From Octopus sinensis (Eukaryota), in the NCBI RefSeq assembly GCF_006345805.1, contig NC_043004.1, forward strand, positions 79,484,001-79,548,000: DNA of 64,000 nt, given 5' to 3'. This document shows, in pieces, positions 48,050-58,211 of this stretch (position 1 is its first letter; each line of letters starts with the position of its first letter). The notes beneath the pieces were generated by a model. That model had not been told where the DNA came from, made no database searches, and saw only the letters and a list, made by a program, of their open reading frames with translations. Made by a program: the position numbers and the translations under genes.

Positions 48050-51000
48050 GAAATTTACAAAAAAAACAAAATTCGAAGACAGGTGTATAAACAATAAGCA
48101 GGTGTATTAGTTTGACACTCAGGAAGGTGAGAAAGTCTTTTATGTTTCGAGCCTACTCTCTTCAACAGAAAGAAATATGAGGAAATAAAAGAGGTTCAAA
48201 CATCGTGGTGTATTGGAGTGATTTTTCATCAACAGAAGAGTCCAGTGAAATCCATATGTAGCAAGATAAAGTTAAAAGTGGAGGCACATGGCCTAGTGGT
48301 TAGAGCAGTGGACTCATGGTCGAGGGATCGTGGGTTCAAGTCTCAGACCGGGCAATGTGTATGTTTATGAGCAAAACACCTAAGCTCCATGTGACTGGCA
48401 GAAGGTAATGGTGAAACTTCTGCTGACTCTTTCACCACAACTTTCTCTCACTCTTTCCTCCTGCATCTAGCATCTCACCTGCAACGGACCAGCATCCTGT
48501 CCAGATGGGGAACCTATATGCCAATGAGACCAGGAAACCAGCCCTTATGAGCCATACATAGCTTGAGAAGGAACAAACAACAACAAATATATATATATAT
48601 ATGATAGGTCTCCTCCACTGTGTATCTACTGAATCTGTTCACAAGCATTCGGTCAGCTCAGGGCTATAATAGAAGACACTTGCCCAAGGTGCCACATGGT
48701 GGGACTGAACCCATAACCATGTGGTTGAGATCCAAACTTCATACCACACAACCAGATCAGTTCCTTTTATTTTCTATTGTAATTCAAAATTTATTACGAG
48801 ATAACATTATTTCTTATTTTCAATGTATTTGAATTACGATAAAATTTCTTTTTATTTCTCTTTCAGATCAGCTTCCACATTGGATCCTGTCCGCAATGAA
48901 ATGCCTCGTCCATTGTAAGTTTAATCTTTTTGGCTCCTTTAATGTTTCTTAATTCCTCTGCGTGGAAAGACCTAAGTTATGCCTTATGACATTGTTTTGT
49001 TTAAAGCCCTTCATTCCGAATCATTATCTCTTTATTCTGGGACTCAAAGCGGGGATTCTACAGACGTTGGGACTCACAGAGGGGTTGACCGAGACTCCTG
49101 GCAGTTTGCTGTGCTTAAGAAGACATGTCAAGCTAAGTAGAAGTCGTTGTCCTTGAATACAGGCTTGTCCCCTGCAACCCTCTCCAGCTGGTGGAGGCAC
49201 ATGGCCTAGTGGCTAGAGCAGCGGACTCGCGGTCGAGGGATCGCGGGTTCGAATCTCAGACTGGGTGATGTGTGTGTTTATGAGCGAAACACCTAAACTC
49301 AACGCGGCTCCAGCAGAAGGTGATGGCGAACTTCTGCTGACTCTTTCACCACAACTTTCTCTCACTCTTTCCTCCTGCGTCTAGCATCCCGTCCAGGTGG
49401 GGAACCTATACGTCAAGGAAACCAGGAAACCGACCCTTATGAGCCAGGCATGGCTCGAGAAGGAACAAACAACCCTCTCCAGCTGAGCATCCCTAATCTT
49501 GTGGGCTTGTAGGTGCAGGTGTCATGTAAAACACACCCATGCCAGTGCTGTGTCAAAGCACCCACTACACTCTGTAAAGTGGTTGGCATTAGGAAGGGCA
49601 TCCAGTCATAGAAACCATGCCAAAACAAATATTGAGCCCGAACATCCCTCCAACCTTGCCAGCTCCTGTCAAACCATCCAACCCATACCAGCATGGATAA
49701 TGGGCATTAAATGATGGTGGTGATCTAGCTGTACAAATTGCTTGTTATTTTCATGATAAAGACTGGTTGCTTAAACTTTTTCGTCTGAACCTGCCTCAGT
49801 GGGTTGGGATGAAAGAAGCCCATCATATTCCTACATACTAATATATATGTATATATAACATCATGGTTTAATGACTACTTATCCATGGTTTAAATGGGTT
49901 GCAAGGAATTTGTTGGGGCAGATTTTCTATGGCCAGATGCCCTTCCTGTAACCAGCCTTCACTTATTTCCAAGTAAGGTAATATTTCCATATGGCACATG
50001 TGTCTTGGAAGACGTGAAACAAAAGATACTACTTGCATGAGAGTGACATTCACAACAATCATGCAATGTCAAGGCAAGGAGACAGTAACACACACACATA
50101 CCATTCATCCTCATTTAACATCCGTTGTCCATGCTGGCATGGGTTGGACAGTTTGACTGGGCTGGCACACTGGAAGGCTGCACCAGACTCCAGTCTGACT
50201 TGGCATGGTTTTCTATGGCTGGATGCCCTTCCTAACACCACACTCAGATTCAGTGGTCCTTCAGTTTTTCTAAGCCCTGTAAAAGAACTTGGAATGTTGG
50301 GCCACCAACCGGGCCTTTCACAATACCCTTAAAACCAAGAATTTTTCAACAACCCCTCATATATATATATATATATATATATATGCTGTGCTTCTTTTAG
50401 TTTCCATCTGTCATATTCACTCACAAGGCTTTGGTTGGCCCAGGGCTATAGTTTAACACACTTTCCCAATGTGTCATGCGATGGCACTGAACTGGAAACC
50501 ATATGGTTGGGAAGCAAACTTACAACTGCGCAGTAGCACCTGGCCAACCCTGTTTGTGGAAATAAGTGACAGTTGTCTATCAGAAGAGCATCCAACTGAT
50601 GAGAACGGGAATGTTAAAATGATGATGATGTAATTAATGAATTCTTACAAATAATTAACAATTTCTTATTATTCATCATCATCATCATCGTTTAACGTCC
50701 GCTTTCCATGCTAGCATGGGTTGGACGGTTCAACTGGGTCTGGCAAGCCCGAAGGCTGCACCAGGCCAGTCAGATCTGGCAGTGTTTCTACAGCTGGATG
50801 CCCTTCCTAACGCCAACCACTCTGAGAGTGTAGTGGGTGATTTTATGTGCCACCGACACAGGTGCCAGACGAGGCTGGCAGACGGCCACGCTCAGATGGT
50901 GTTTTTTATGTGCCACCGACACAGGTGCCAGACGAGGCTGGCAAACGGCCACGCTCGGATGGTGTTTGTTACGTGCCCTCAGCACGGAGGCCAGTCGATG

Positions 51001-54000
51001 CGGTACTGGCTACGTTCGGATGGTTTTCTTATGTACCACCGGCACTGGTACCACAAGGATACAAATTCCATTGATGTTCATCTATTTTGATTTGGTTTGA
51101 TTTGATTTGATTTGATATTCATTATTCAATAAATAAGTATTCTCATAAATTCTTCCTTTGCAGGGCCAAATAAAGTGGACGATAACTTTGCTATATATCC
51201 AGGTTTTGAGAAAGATGTCTTCCGTGCAGTCAGTGAATATTTCCAAGGCCTCACTGAACCTTTGCTAACTCATTCCTTATATGAAACTATCACCAATGTA
51301 TTTGGTAAGCTTTCACATTTTTATACTGCTTTTATTATTTTTATTTCTATTATCAAGGTGGTGTGCTGGCAGAATCGTTAGCATGCTGGATGGAATGCTT
51401 AGCAGTATTTTACTCATCGCTACGTTCTGAGTTCAAATTCTACCAAGGTCGACTTTGCCTTTCATCCTTTTGGATCGATAAAATAAGCACCAGTGAAACA
51501 CTGGGGTCAATGTAATCGACTTAATCCCTTCCCCCAAGCCGTCCACAGGGCAAAAATTTTAAAGTATTATTATTATTATTATTATTATTATCATTATTAT
51601 TGAGTGAGAGAGCAGTGCATGCCATCAAAGTGATACTGGAATACAAATATATGAAGCCCATTATACCCATTATGACTACTTGTCTGATAAGGGTACATCA
51701 GGCACATGCATCACAACCATATGGGATGGTGATCGCTTATCGAAATAAGCAGCACATGACCTTGCAGGTGGGGCCCAGTTAGAATTTTCTTCAGGTCAAG
51801 TAACCCATCCCACTCGAATGGTCCCTGAATGCGGTTTGTTTAGGGATGATGAACAAAACGCCCATGTTTCCAGGGGTGAATTATTGAAACGCCAAAGAAT
51901 CCCTCTCAACACATGGCTATGATGCTCCCCTACTACTTCTGCTCGTGATCAGAGATGCACATATCATCAGCCACTAAGGGACATGCTCAACTGGTTGCAG
52001 TCAACAACTGACAAGCAAATCTGTGGTATTGAGCAGAATATTTGTTGTAGCTTGTCTTTTACACCAAAGCAAAATGTGTGCTTCCAATCTGTTACACTAA
52101 CCAAAGTCTTGTGAATGGATTTGGTAGAAGCTTGTCATGTGTGTTGTGTTTTTGATATTCTGTGACAGTTGTAAATAAGCATCACTGTCATCTAAGTGGT
52201 GTCTAAATTCTTCATTATTTTCAAAATCAAATGAAACAGTGTTTTAACAGAAATATGGTCACGAGATTAAAGTGATCTGAATTAAAATCTTCAGTTAAGA
52301 TGTTCTAAATACCATCTTAATAATAACAGTTATTTTACTAAATTCTTCATTTTTTTAAAAATCAGTTAAAACTATAGCAAAGTATTTCAACAGAAATGAG
52401 TTTCATAATAGAAACAAAGATAAACGCAACACACATTGTTGATTGTTTTCTGCTGCTTTGTGTTCCAAGATGCAACTGACTAGCTGGACAATTATACCCA
52501 ATATGAGTGTTGGTATTTGTCTGAGATCAAGTCCACCTAGCTGAAAGCAAATACTATGAAAAGGTAGTTTTTTTTGTTGCATCAAATTTAGGAAAGAATT
52601 GCGTTTTATTTGTAATGTTAAATTAAAATCGTACCTGACCTGCAAAAAATTAAAGATAATCAACTCCATATTTTTAATTAAGTGATAATTAATTTTTTCA
52701 GCGAGTTTTCTTTATGAATCAATAAAATTGTTTTTATCGTCCAATTCTTAGTGAAATGTGTTTTGCAGAGTTACTTCCCTTATTGACTATATTCTGCTTT
52801 GTTATTTTTAAAATTTATTTTTCTTTTCCCTATTTAGAAACGTAATTAGTAAAATTATGTTTCTGTTGTAGGTTGATTAGTCACTGTCTTAAGCATGACA
52901 ATGAACTTTTATCTGTGTTTTAATGTAAAATATGCTACCATTCATGTTGCATGAGGCTCACATGTGGGAATCTTTTAATATAAACTATTGCTTTCAAATA
53001 TAATTTAGGGCATCATGATCAATGTCAGTTCGCTTGTTTTGTGGCTTCATTTTAGTTTCCTACGATACAGCAGAAAATGCATGTCCTTTCTTTGTTTCTT
53101 TTCTTTTATCTATTTATTCATTATTTGAGTTATTTTACAATAGAATATGCTACCACTAATATATATATATATATATACATACATACTTATATAAATAATA
53201 AATCTCACAATGAGGTATAAACTGTGGCTGCACCACAATGTGAAGTATATTTGCCACTTAAATGTGGCTAACCACTAAGGGTGGATGCTACTGTAGCTTG
53301 TAGCCCCAGGAGAACATCTTCTCCAGCTGGTTATTGACACACTTTCTGTGTCCTATCAGTATTTGCAAAGGGAAGCCATTCTTCCCATCATCGACCTGAT
53401 GTGATACGCATGGACTTGGGTTTCTGGATATTTACCCGTTGTCAGCGCACGACAATCACTGGTCTTTGATGCGAAGGGATCATTCTAGTATGTCTATTTA
53501 TTCCAAAGTATTAGAAGAATACATACATCATCATCATCATCGTTTAACATCCGTTTTCCATGCTAGCATGGGTTGGACGGTTCAACCGGGGTCTGGGAAG
53601 CCAGGAGGCTGCACCAGGCTCCAGTCTGATCTGGCAGTGTTTCTACTGCTGGATGCCCTTCCTATGCCAACCACTCTTTGTGAGTGTAGTGGGTGCTTTT
53701 TATGTGCTAGGTGAGACTGGCAACGGCCACGATCGGTTGGTACTTTTTACATGCGACCGGCACGGAAGCCAGTCAAGGCTGCGCTGGCAACGGCCATGTT
53801 CGGACAGTGCTTTTTACGTGCCACCAGCACAGGGATCACAACTACAATTTCCATTGATTTTGATGTTGATGTACTTGACTCAATAGGTCTCCTCAAGCAC
53901 AGGGTCGAAACGGTGTTTCTTTACTTGCCACCTGCACAGATGTCAGTCCAGCAGCACTGGCAACTGCTGGGTGCCAGTCATAGGATTGGTTCAATTTTGA

Positions 54001-57000
54001 TTCCGATACACATGTAATAACTATGTGTTACACACACATGTACTAATATTACAGAAACGAGCAAAAGATTAGATTGACAGTAGGTTCTACTTCCTTACGG
54101 CCATTGATATCCAGAAGACCCAAGGTGGCAGGTAGGGCTATGTAAGTGCTACAGGAGGACCGTAGTTACACTCTTGGTTTGATAATAATTCTAATGAAGA
54201 GTCTAAAGCAGGTCTCGTGCGAGCATGTATATGCTAAATAAACTGAGACAACAAAGCCAAGGCTGTGGGGAATTTTTCAGGACATTTATAAATAAAAAGG
54301 TTGTCTTACAGGTGTTTCTGGGATATTAGAGATATCCCTTCGTCAGAGACAATATGAGAGAGTTCCCCCTAGTTAACTCTCTCATATTGTCTCTGATGAA
54401 GGGATATCCCTAATTATCCCAGAAACAGCTGTAAGACTACCTTTCTCTTTATGAATGTCCTCTAAATTCCACACAGCCTTGACTTTGTTTATGGCCATTA
54501 TTCCCTTTATGTTAAATATATATAAGCACAAGCATTGTTGTGTGGTTAAGAAGTTGGTTCCCAACCACAGAGGTTTTGGACAAGTGTCTTCTGCTACCCC
54601 TTAGGCCAATTAAAAAACCTTGTGAGTAGATTTAGGTGAAAACTGAAAGAAATCCATTGTGTGTGTGTGGGGGTAGGGGACAGAGAGTGCATGGCTGCAT
54701 GTTTGTATTAGTGTCTCCATGTCTTAATATTGCATGAGAGTTGCAAACAAGTGTGGCAGTCATACAAAAGGAACTGTTTTTGTTTCCAGTCTACTGGTTT
54801 GGGGGAAGTAGTACCTTGCTTGGAAACATTTTAGGGCTGGTGACTGGAAGAGCATCCAAGCATGAAACAGTGGAGATTGAAAGAGTGTTGAGGATGACCC
54901 TTAGTGTTGTCATGAATATCATCATCATCAACATCATCTTCATCATCTTTATCAACATCATCATCACGATATGACTGGATACAACTCAGAGTAAACAGAC
55001 AATATTTTTAATGAATATGCTCTATCAAATTGAATTTCTTACTGCGATGTTTTCCTTCATCAAACCTAATTGCATGTTCTTGACATTTTTTTTGCATGTT
55101 TCTTTTTTTTCTTTTTATACTTTTCTGTTCAGTCATGGCTGACTCCAGATATGCTCGTCACTCATCACCATTATCTGCTAAACATAATGCTCATAGCATG
55201 ACTTCATTTGATTCCATCGACAATTTGTTATTGAATATGACGAATGCTGCCGACAACTCCCAGAAGTCCCACCATTCCAATAAACTCGACTGTCAGTGTA
55301 CCTTGTTTTCTACTTGGAGTTCTTCATCATTTCCGCATCTGCGGGGTCATTCTTTAGGTGGAGGCAATCTTTCGGAAAATAAGATCAAAAGTGAATCGAC
55401 AGGCAGCATCCCCCTCCTGAGATATGAAACTGCTTTTGGACCTGAAAACAAAACCATAACTAATGTCTACTATTATCCAAATCAAACCAGCGCCACTTTT
55501 AGTGGTTCCATGTTTTCACGTTTACCGTCTGTTTCAAACTTGGAATATCAGGATGGTTTCAAGACAACATCAGGCAGTCCTTCCAGATGGCAATCTGAAC
55601 AACACCTTAAGTGTGTCGACAATCAAACTTTAAACATCCTTGATACATATAAGAACAAAGATATTTTGTCCAACAAACCTCAAAATAAATCTAGTCTGAG
55701 CAGAAAATCAAAATCACAGAATATAACCAGTCAGAACAGTAAAGATGGAGAGAATCAAGAAAAATCAAATTCATTAAGTGAAATTCGTTACCAGACACGA
55801 CGTGCTTTTCGGGCTTTCTCTCTTACCCAATCAGCTGCCTACCATGGGGAAGAATTTCAGGACTGTTTGCATTCAACACGACCTTGCAGTACGTCAAATA
55901 TTCCAAATTTGTCTCCTGTTGAAGGTTTGGATAAATTTGGTCGGAAGATCAACCACGCTTTTTCTTGTACGTAATTTTTGCACTTTTTTCAGTTGTTTTT
56001 AATTAATTAGTTAGTAGCATGATCTGTTTTTTTAATTAGCATTAACTTAGACTTTAGTCCTTTTGTAAATTTGTCCTAAACATAGTCAATGTGGTAGTTC
56101 TTGTAGTCTTTGATGTTGTAATTAATATTTACAATAATTATTTTAATGTACCTGTAACAGTTACACAGTATGGCAAAAGTTCCCAGCAAATCGAATCAAG
56201 GGGCTACTTTTGATTTCCTGCAGGAACCATTTGACATAAAAAATCATTGTTCTGCTGAATTTCACTGTTCATATTTCACCCTTTTGATGCCAACCTGTCT
56301 GAAAATGCTCTTAGTTCTTGGATACAAATTTCCTAAATTAAATTGATCAAAATTACAATCTTCCATCTGAATTTTGCATTAATTTATAGTCTGAACTCCT
56401 GCTTTATAGCAACAAAATTATCTGCATGAAATTCTTCTTTATTTTCTGAATTAAAGCAAAAGCAGTGTATTTCAATAGAAATATGGTAACAAAAGAGTCA
56501 AAGTGATCTAAATTAAAATCTCCCATTAAAAATTCATTTTATGTTGTAAAAAGCTTAATAATGACAAAGTTATTTTATACTATAAGGGGAAAGTATGGAT
56601 AGGTGTGATGGAAAGGGGGCTGGAAGGGATCAATAGAAAGGAATTCTGGGGGCCTCATTGAAGGAAAGGTGTGGAAGGCAGGATCATAGGACTAAGTCAG
56701 ATGGGGAAGATGAGAGGGGGTGTTGAGGAAGCAGAGATGCTGTTGGGAAGAGGGCAGTGAGAAAGAGAAAGTAGAGAGTGAAGACTAGAAGCAGAGGCTG
56801 GAGAGTGCCATAGAGATGTGTGAGTATCTTTGTTAAAGAAATTCCTCTTTTGGTCTTCCTAATCCATGTGAATGATTGTGTTTCCAGCAGCCGTGTGGTC
56901 GATGACAGATGAAGAAAGAGTGAAACAAGCGGTCCAGTTGGCACTGTTACTAATACCACCGTCGAATCGCAGGAAGCTGCATTTGCTGTTACGATTTCTG

Positions 57001-57265
57001 AGTAAAATCCATAACAATAATGAGCTTCAACTTGCACAAAACTCTGAAGATCTTCGGAATTTGGTAAGATTCTGTTACCTTCTTTTTTTTTTTTTTTTTT
57101 GGCCTTCATTCTTTTATTCATTTACTTGTTTCAGTCATTTGACTGTGGCCATGCTGGAGCATTGCCTTTAGTTGAACAAATCAACCCCAGGACTTCATCT
57201 TTGAAAGCCTAGTACATGCCAGCATGGAAAGTAGACGTTAAACGACAACGACGATGATGATGATG

Positions 57266-57300
<35 letters not shown>

Positions 57301-57760
57301 TTAGTTTAACTCTTCAGCATTCTGATTACTTTATCAAATGTAATGCTTATTAATTCACATTGTTTTGAATTAATCTGGCATTATCTTGTAGCCTTGAGAT
57401 TTCAGTAATGTTTATGATTTGAAGGACCTTGTCAGGTAGGTGTGAGAGGCCAGATCTAGTCAGTTTGAATATAAGCTGAACCATATAAGAATGAGAAAGT
57501 GGACATTAAATGATGATTGTGTTTATTTTATTTTAGTTTATTTATTTTTATGCGTTTTTTTTCCTTATTTTTTTATTCTTCAGACCGTGGATACGTTCTA
57601 CCAAAGTGTATTGTGCAGCCCTGATGCCAGCGACATGGACACCAATCTTGCTAAACATTTCTTGTGGTACTTAGTGGAAAACCACGACTTTGTAATGCAG
57701 GTGCCATGTGACCTGCGCAAACAAGTGGAGGAACGACTCTCCGAAATACAACGTGTCCAG
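18542..57760 (+). CDS. DEPDC1: DEP domain-containing protein 1 (DEPDC1A/B co-orthologue): spliced gene, exons 1-10, 3'-incomplete
   Basis: Ten GT-AG exons join in consistent phase into 687 codons. Motifs match recalled human DEPDC1/DEPDC1B: GPYRATKIWN, FTATEALEW, QTVQL, LPHWILSAMKCL, YPGFEKDVF, EPLLT, LLIPPSNRRKLHLLLRF, EERLSEIQRVQ. Confidence 0.95.
19930..20260 (+). mobile_element. LINE ORF2 C-terminal/3' fragment (CR1/L2/jockey-like superclade)
   Basis: LFNIIPEQIKEKDPITFKRYLKKFVQGIPDKPP resembles the LFN.LP..I......FK..LD.FL..IPD.P terminus of non-LTR reverse transcriptase ORFs. 5'-truncated. Confidence 0.65.
21249..21322. repeat. Perfect 35-bp palindrome with 4-nt loop
   Basis: aagattctgtgcttatttcagtgaatttagattac-agta-gtaatctaaattcactgaaataagcacagaatctt. 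Confidence 0.93.
23472..23678. mobile_element. piggyBac-type MITE (family also at ~28000-28220, 43285-44040 split by a SINE, and ~57305-57480)
   Basis: ttga|CCCTTTAGCATT ... AATGCTAAAGGG|ttag: CCC/GGG TIRs with degenerate TTAA targets. Confidence 0.7.
24835..25135 (-). mobile_element. CR1/L2-like LINE 3' fragment
   Basis: FFTLRIAEAWNELLASVVNCQNTASFKSSM matches the FF..R....WN.LP..VV.......FK motif at the end of CR1/L2 ORF2. Confidence 0.7.
26133..26379. mobile_element. Fold-back MITE-like element with nested inverted repeats
   Basis: ~75-bp arms taaatgtcagctcattacag...catttcaaaaca / tgttttgaagtgatg...ctgtaatgagctgacattta, plus an inner stem aaacaatagaatatcccaaga / tcttggaatattctattgttt. TA at both ends. 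Confidence 0.7.
26981..27138 (+). CDS. DEPDC1: DEPDC1 exon 2 (DEP domain)
   Basis: Acceptor ttttaaacag|TGG; WNTIIRAFKHGMPIGRRRRYMKVYDKAFTATEALEWMHKYLKSNPNFGSDIT; donor AA|GTGAGA, phase 2. Confidence 0.93.
29331..42808. repeat. Intronic minisatellite/satellite array, 65-bp unit, ~207 copies (~13.5 kb) in DEPDC1 intron 2
   Basis: Unit TGATGATGATGATGATGCCCCTCTTGTTTTTACCCTCCCTTTGTAAGGGACAG[C/G]AACAACAACAT. Period read directly (31081 to 31146). Copy number is length/65. No unique spacers. Confidence 0.98.
43693..43870. repeat. 42-bp minisatellite (~4 copies) inside a family C-related element
   Basis: gaggcc(c)aat...ggaactc...cac(c/t)ttgcct recurs at 43735, 43777, 43819 and 43861. Confidence 0.8.
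44149..44256 (+). CDS. DEPDC1: DEPDC1 exon 3 (DEP domain)
   Basis: Acceptor ctttccag|G; (K)QQTVQLMGKLLKARIFEDVQGSKKKREFAEGGRVY(R); donor CG|GTATAT; phase 2-2. Confidence 0.9.
44350..44569. mobile_element. Mariner-type MITE just downstream of DEPDC1 exon 3 (partial copy ~50243-50360)
   Basis: TA-caaggcgatgctgaaaaattcctggc ... aaccaggaactttgagtacctcttca-TA: degenerate TIRs with TA ends. Confidence 0.65.
45070..45291 (+). CDS. DEPDC1: DEPDC1 exon 4
   Basis: Acceptor cttctag|G; (R)FNQSSPAKDSRVPLS...PLSLESMEAVWRMVTLH(R); donor CG|GTTTGT; phase 2-2. Confidence 0.87.
46939..47069 (+). CDS. DEPDC1: DEPDC1 exon 5
   Basis: Acceptor ggtttcag|G; LQKTIGYNTLEEFLDASLVNGRHIMHNCLYVNKSGVVGNVNTK, resembling human LQKILGLDSLEEVLD..VN...IIHN; donor G|GTTAGT; phase 2-1. 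Confidence 0.9.
48867..48914 (+). CDS. DEPDC1: DEPDC1 exon 6
   Basis: Acceptor ctctttcag|AT; (D)QLPHWILSAMKCLVH(W); donor T|GTAAGT; phase 1-1. Confidence 0.92.
49191..49469 (+). mobile_element. tRNA-derived SINE family D with a perfect 16-bp TSD (second copy 48278-48586)
   Basis: Head gtggaggcacatggcctagtgg...gggttcgaatctc, (AAC)-like tail. TSD caaccctctccagctg at 49175-49190 and 49470-49485. Confidence 0.88.
50680..51075 (-). mobile_element. SINE/LINE-tail family C with (GAT)n tail (also ~4655-4900, 28255-28530, 29100-29355, 43345-43880, 49500-49720, 53525-54000, 59725-59985, 61555-61760, 62480-62750, 63715-63900)
   Basis: catcatcatcgtttaacgtccgctttccatgctagcatgggttgg...ctggatgcccttcctaacgccaacc (RTE-like 3' motif), with an internal ~63-bp duplication at 50845/50908. 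Confidence 0.8.
51164..51304 (+). CDS. DEPDC1: DEPDC1 exon 7 (start of RhoGAP-like domain)
   Basis: Acceptor cctttgcag|GG; (W)PNKVDDNFAIYPGFEKDVFRAVSEYFQGLTEPLLTHSLYETITNVF; donor G|GTAAGC; phase 1-1. Confidence 0.93.
51560..52075 (-). mobile_element. Interspersed repeat with (TAA)n tail, probable non-LTR retroelement 3' end
   Basis: A long (TAT)n tract abuts gagtgagagagcagtgcatgccatcaaagtg..., an arrangement expected for a retrotransposon 3' end. Family not confirmed. Confidence 0.45.
54250..54489. repeat. Long imperfect inverted repeat (~115-bp arms, ~10-nt loop) in DEPDC1 intron 7
   Basis: acaaagccaaggctgtgggg...cgtcagagacaatatgagagagtt / aactctctcatattgtctctgatg...ccacacagccttgactttgt. 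Confidence 0.9.
55133..55966 (+). CDS. DEPDC1: DEPDC1 exon 8: large Ser-rich, probably disordered exon, symmetric phase 1-1 (candidate cassette)
   Basis: Acceptor ttctgttcag|TC; open frame VMADSRYARHSS...GRKINHAFS. Donor T|GTACGT at 55967 gives 834 nt (278 codons) and restores phase 1 for exon 9. Confidence 0.85.
56888..57063 (+). CDS. DEPDC1: DEPDC1 exon 9 (RhoGAP-like domain)
   Basis: Tandem acceptor tttcCAG|CAG|CC; AVWSMTDEERVKQAVQLALLLIPPSNRRKLHLLLRFLSKIHNNNELQLAQNSEDLRNL; donor TTG|GTAAGA; phase 1-0. Confidence 0.92.
57584..57760 (+). CDS. DEPDC1: DEPDC1 exon 10
   Basis: Acceptor ttcttcag|ACC; TVDTFYQSVLCSPDASDMDTNLAKHFLWYLVENHDFVMQVPCDLRKQVEERLSEIQRVQ; donor CAG|GTAAAG; phase 0-0. Confidence 0.92.
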
Positions 57761-57992
57761 GTAAAGATTCTAGACTGAAGGCATTTCTTTACATCCTGAT
57801 TATTAATCCATAAAAGAAAATGCATAAAAGAAATATTCCTTCTTTTAATTTTTAACTATTTCTAACATTTGTCTCATTGACCGTTTATATTTTTTCTATC
57901 ATAAAATTTCTTTATTATTTCATTGTGTGTATCAGTGTGTATTTATTTAATTAATTAATTTTCATCTCAGCTTTAAGTAATTGCTATCTTAA

Positions 57993-58211
57993 CTCTTTTG
58001 TTACCAAACCAGCTGAAACAGCTCTGGCTCTGAGTACAAATGTCGTATTTTCTTAAGTTTTGAATTAAAATCTTCCACCAAACCTTAGACACGATTTATG
58101 TTCCTAACACTAAGCTTAATGATAACTAAGTTATTTTACTAAATTCTTTGTTACATTTAAAATTAATTGAAAAACACAGAGCATCTCAACAGAAATATGG
58201 TAACAAAAGGG
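57993..58211. mobile_element. piggyBac-type MITE (second family; fragments near 28680-28870, 52200-52400, 56270-56570)
   Basis: TTAA|ctcttttgttacc ... ggtaacaaaaggg|TTAA. Confidence 0.75.

Noticed and set aside
48278-49469. tRNA genes in SINE heads (also families A and B)
   Set aside because: A/B boxes are present, but there is no complete cloverleaf and each head continues into SINE body and tail, one with a 16-bp TSD.
50716-51100. Cluster of overlapping ORFs with repeated peptides
   Set aside because: Internal ~63-bp duplications of the family C repeat.
55971-55976. GTAATT as the exon 8 donor
   Set aside because: It gives phase 2, incompatible with the phase-1 acceptor of exon 9. GTACGT at 55967 fits.
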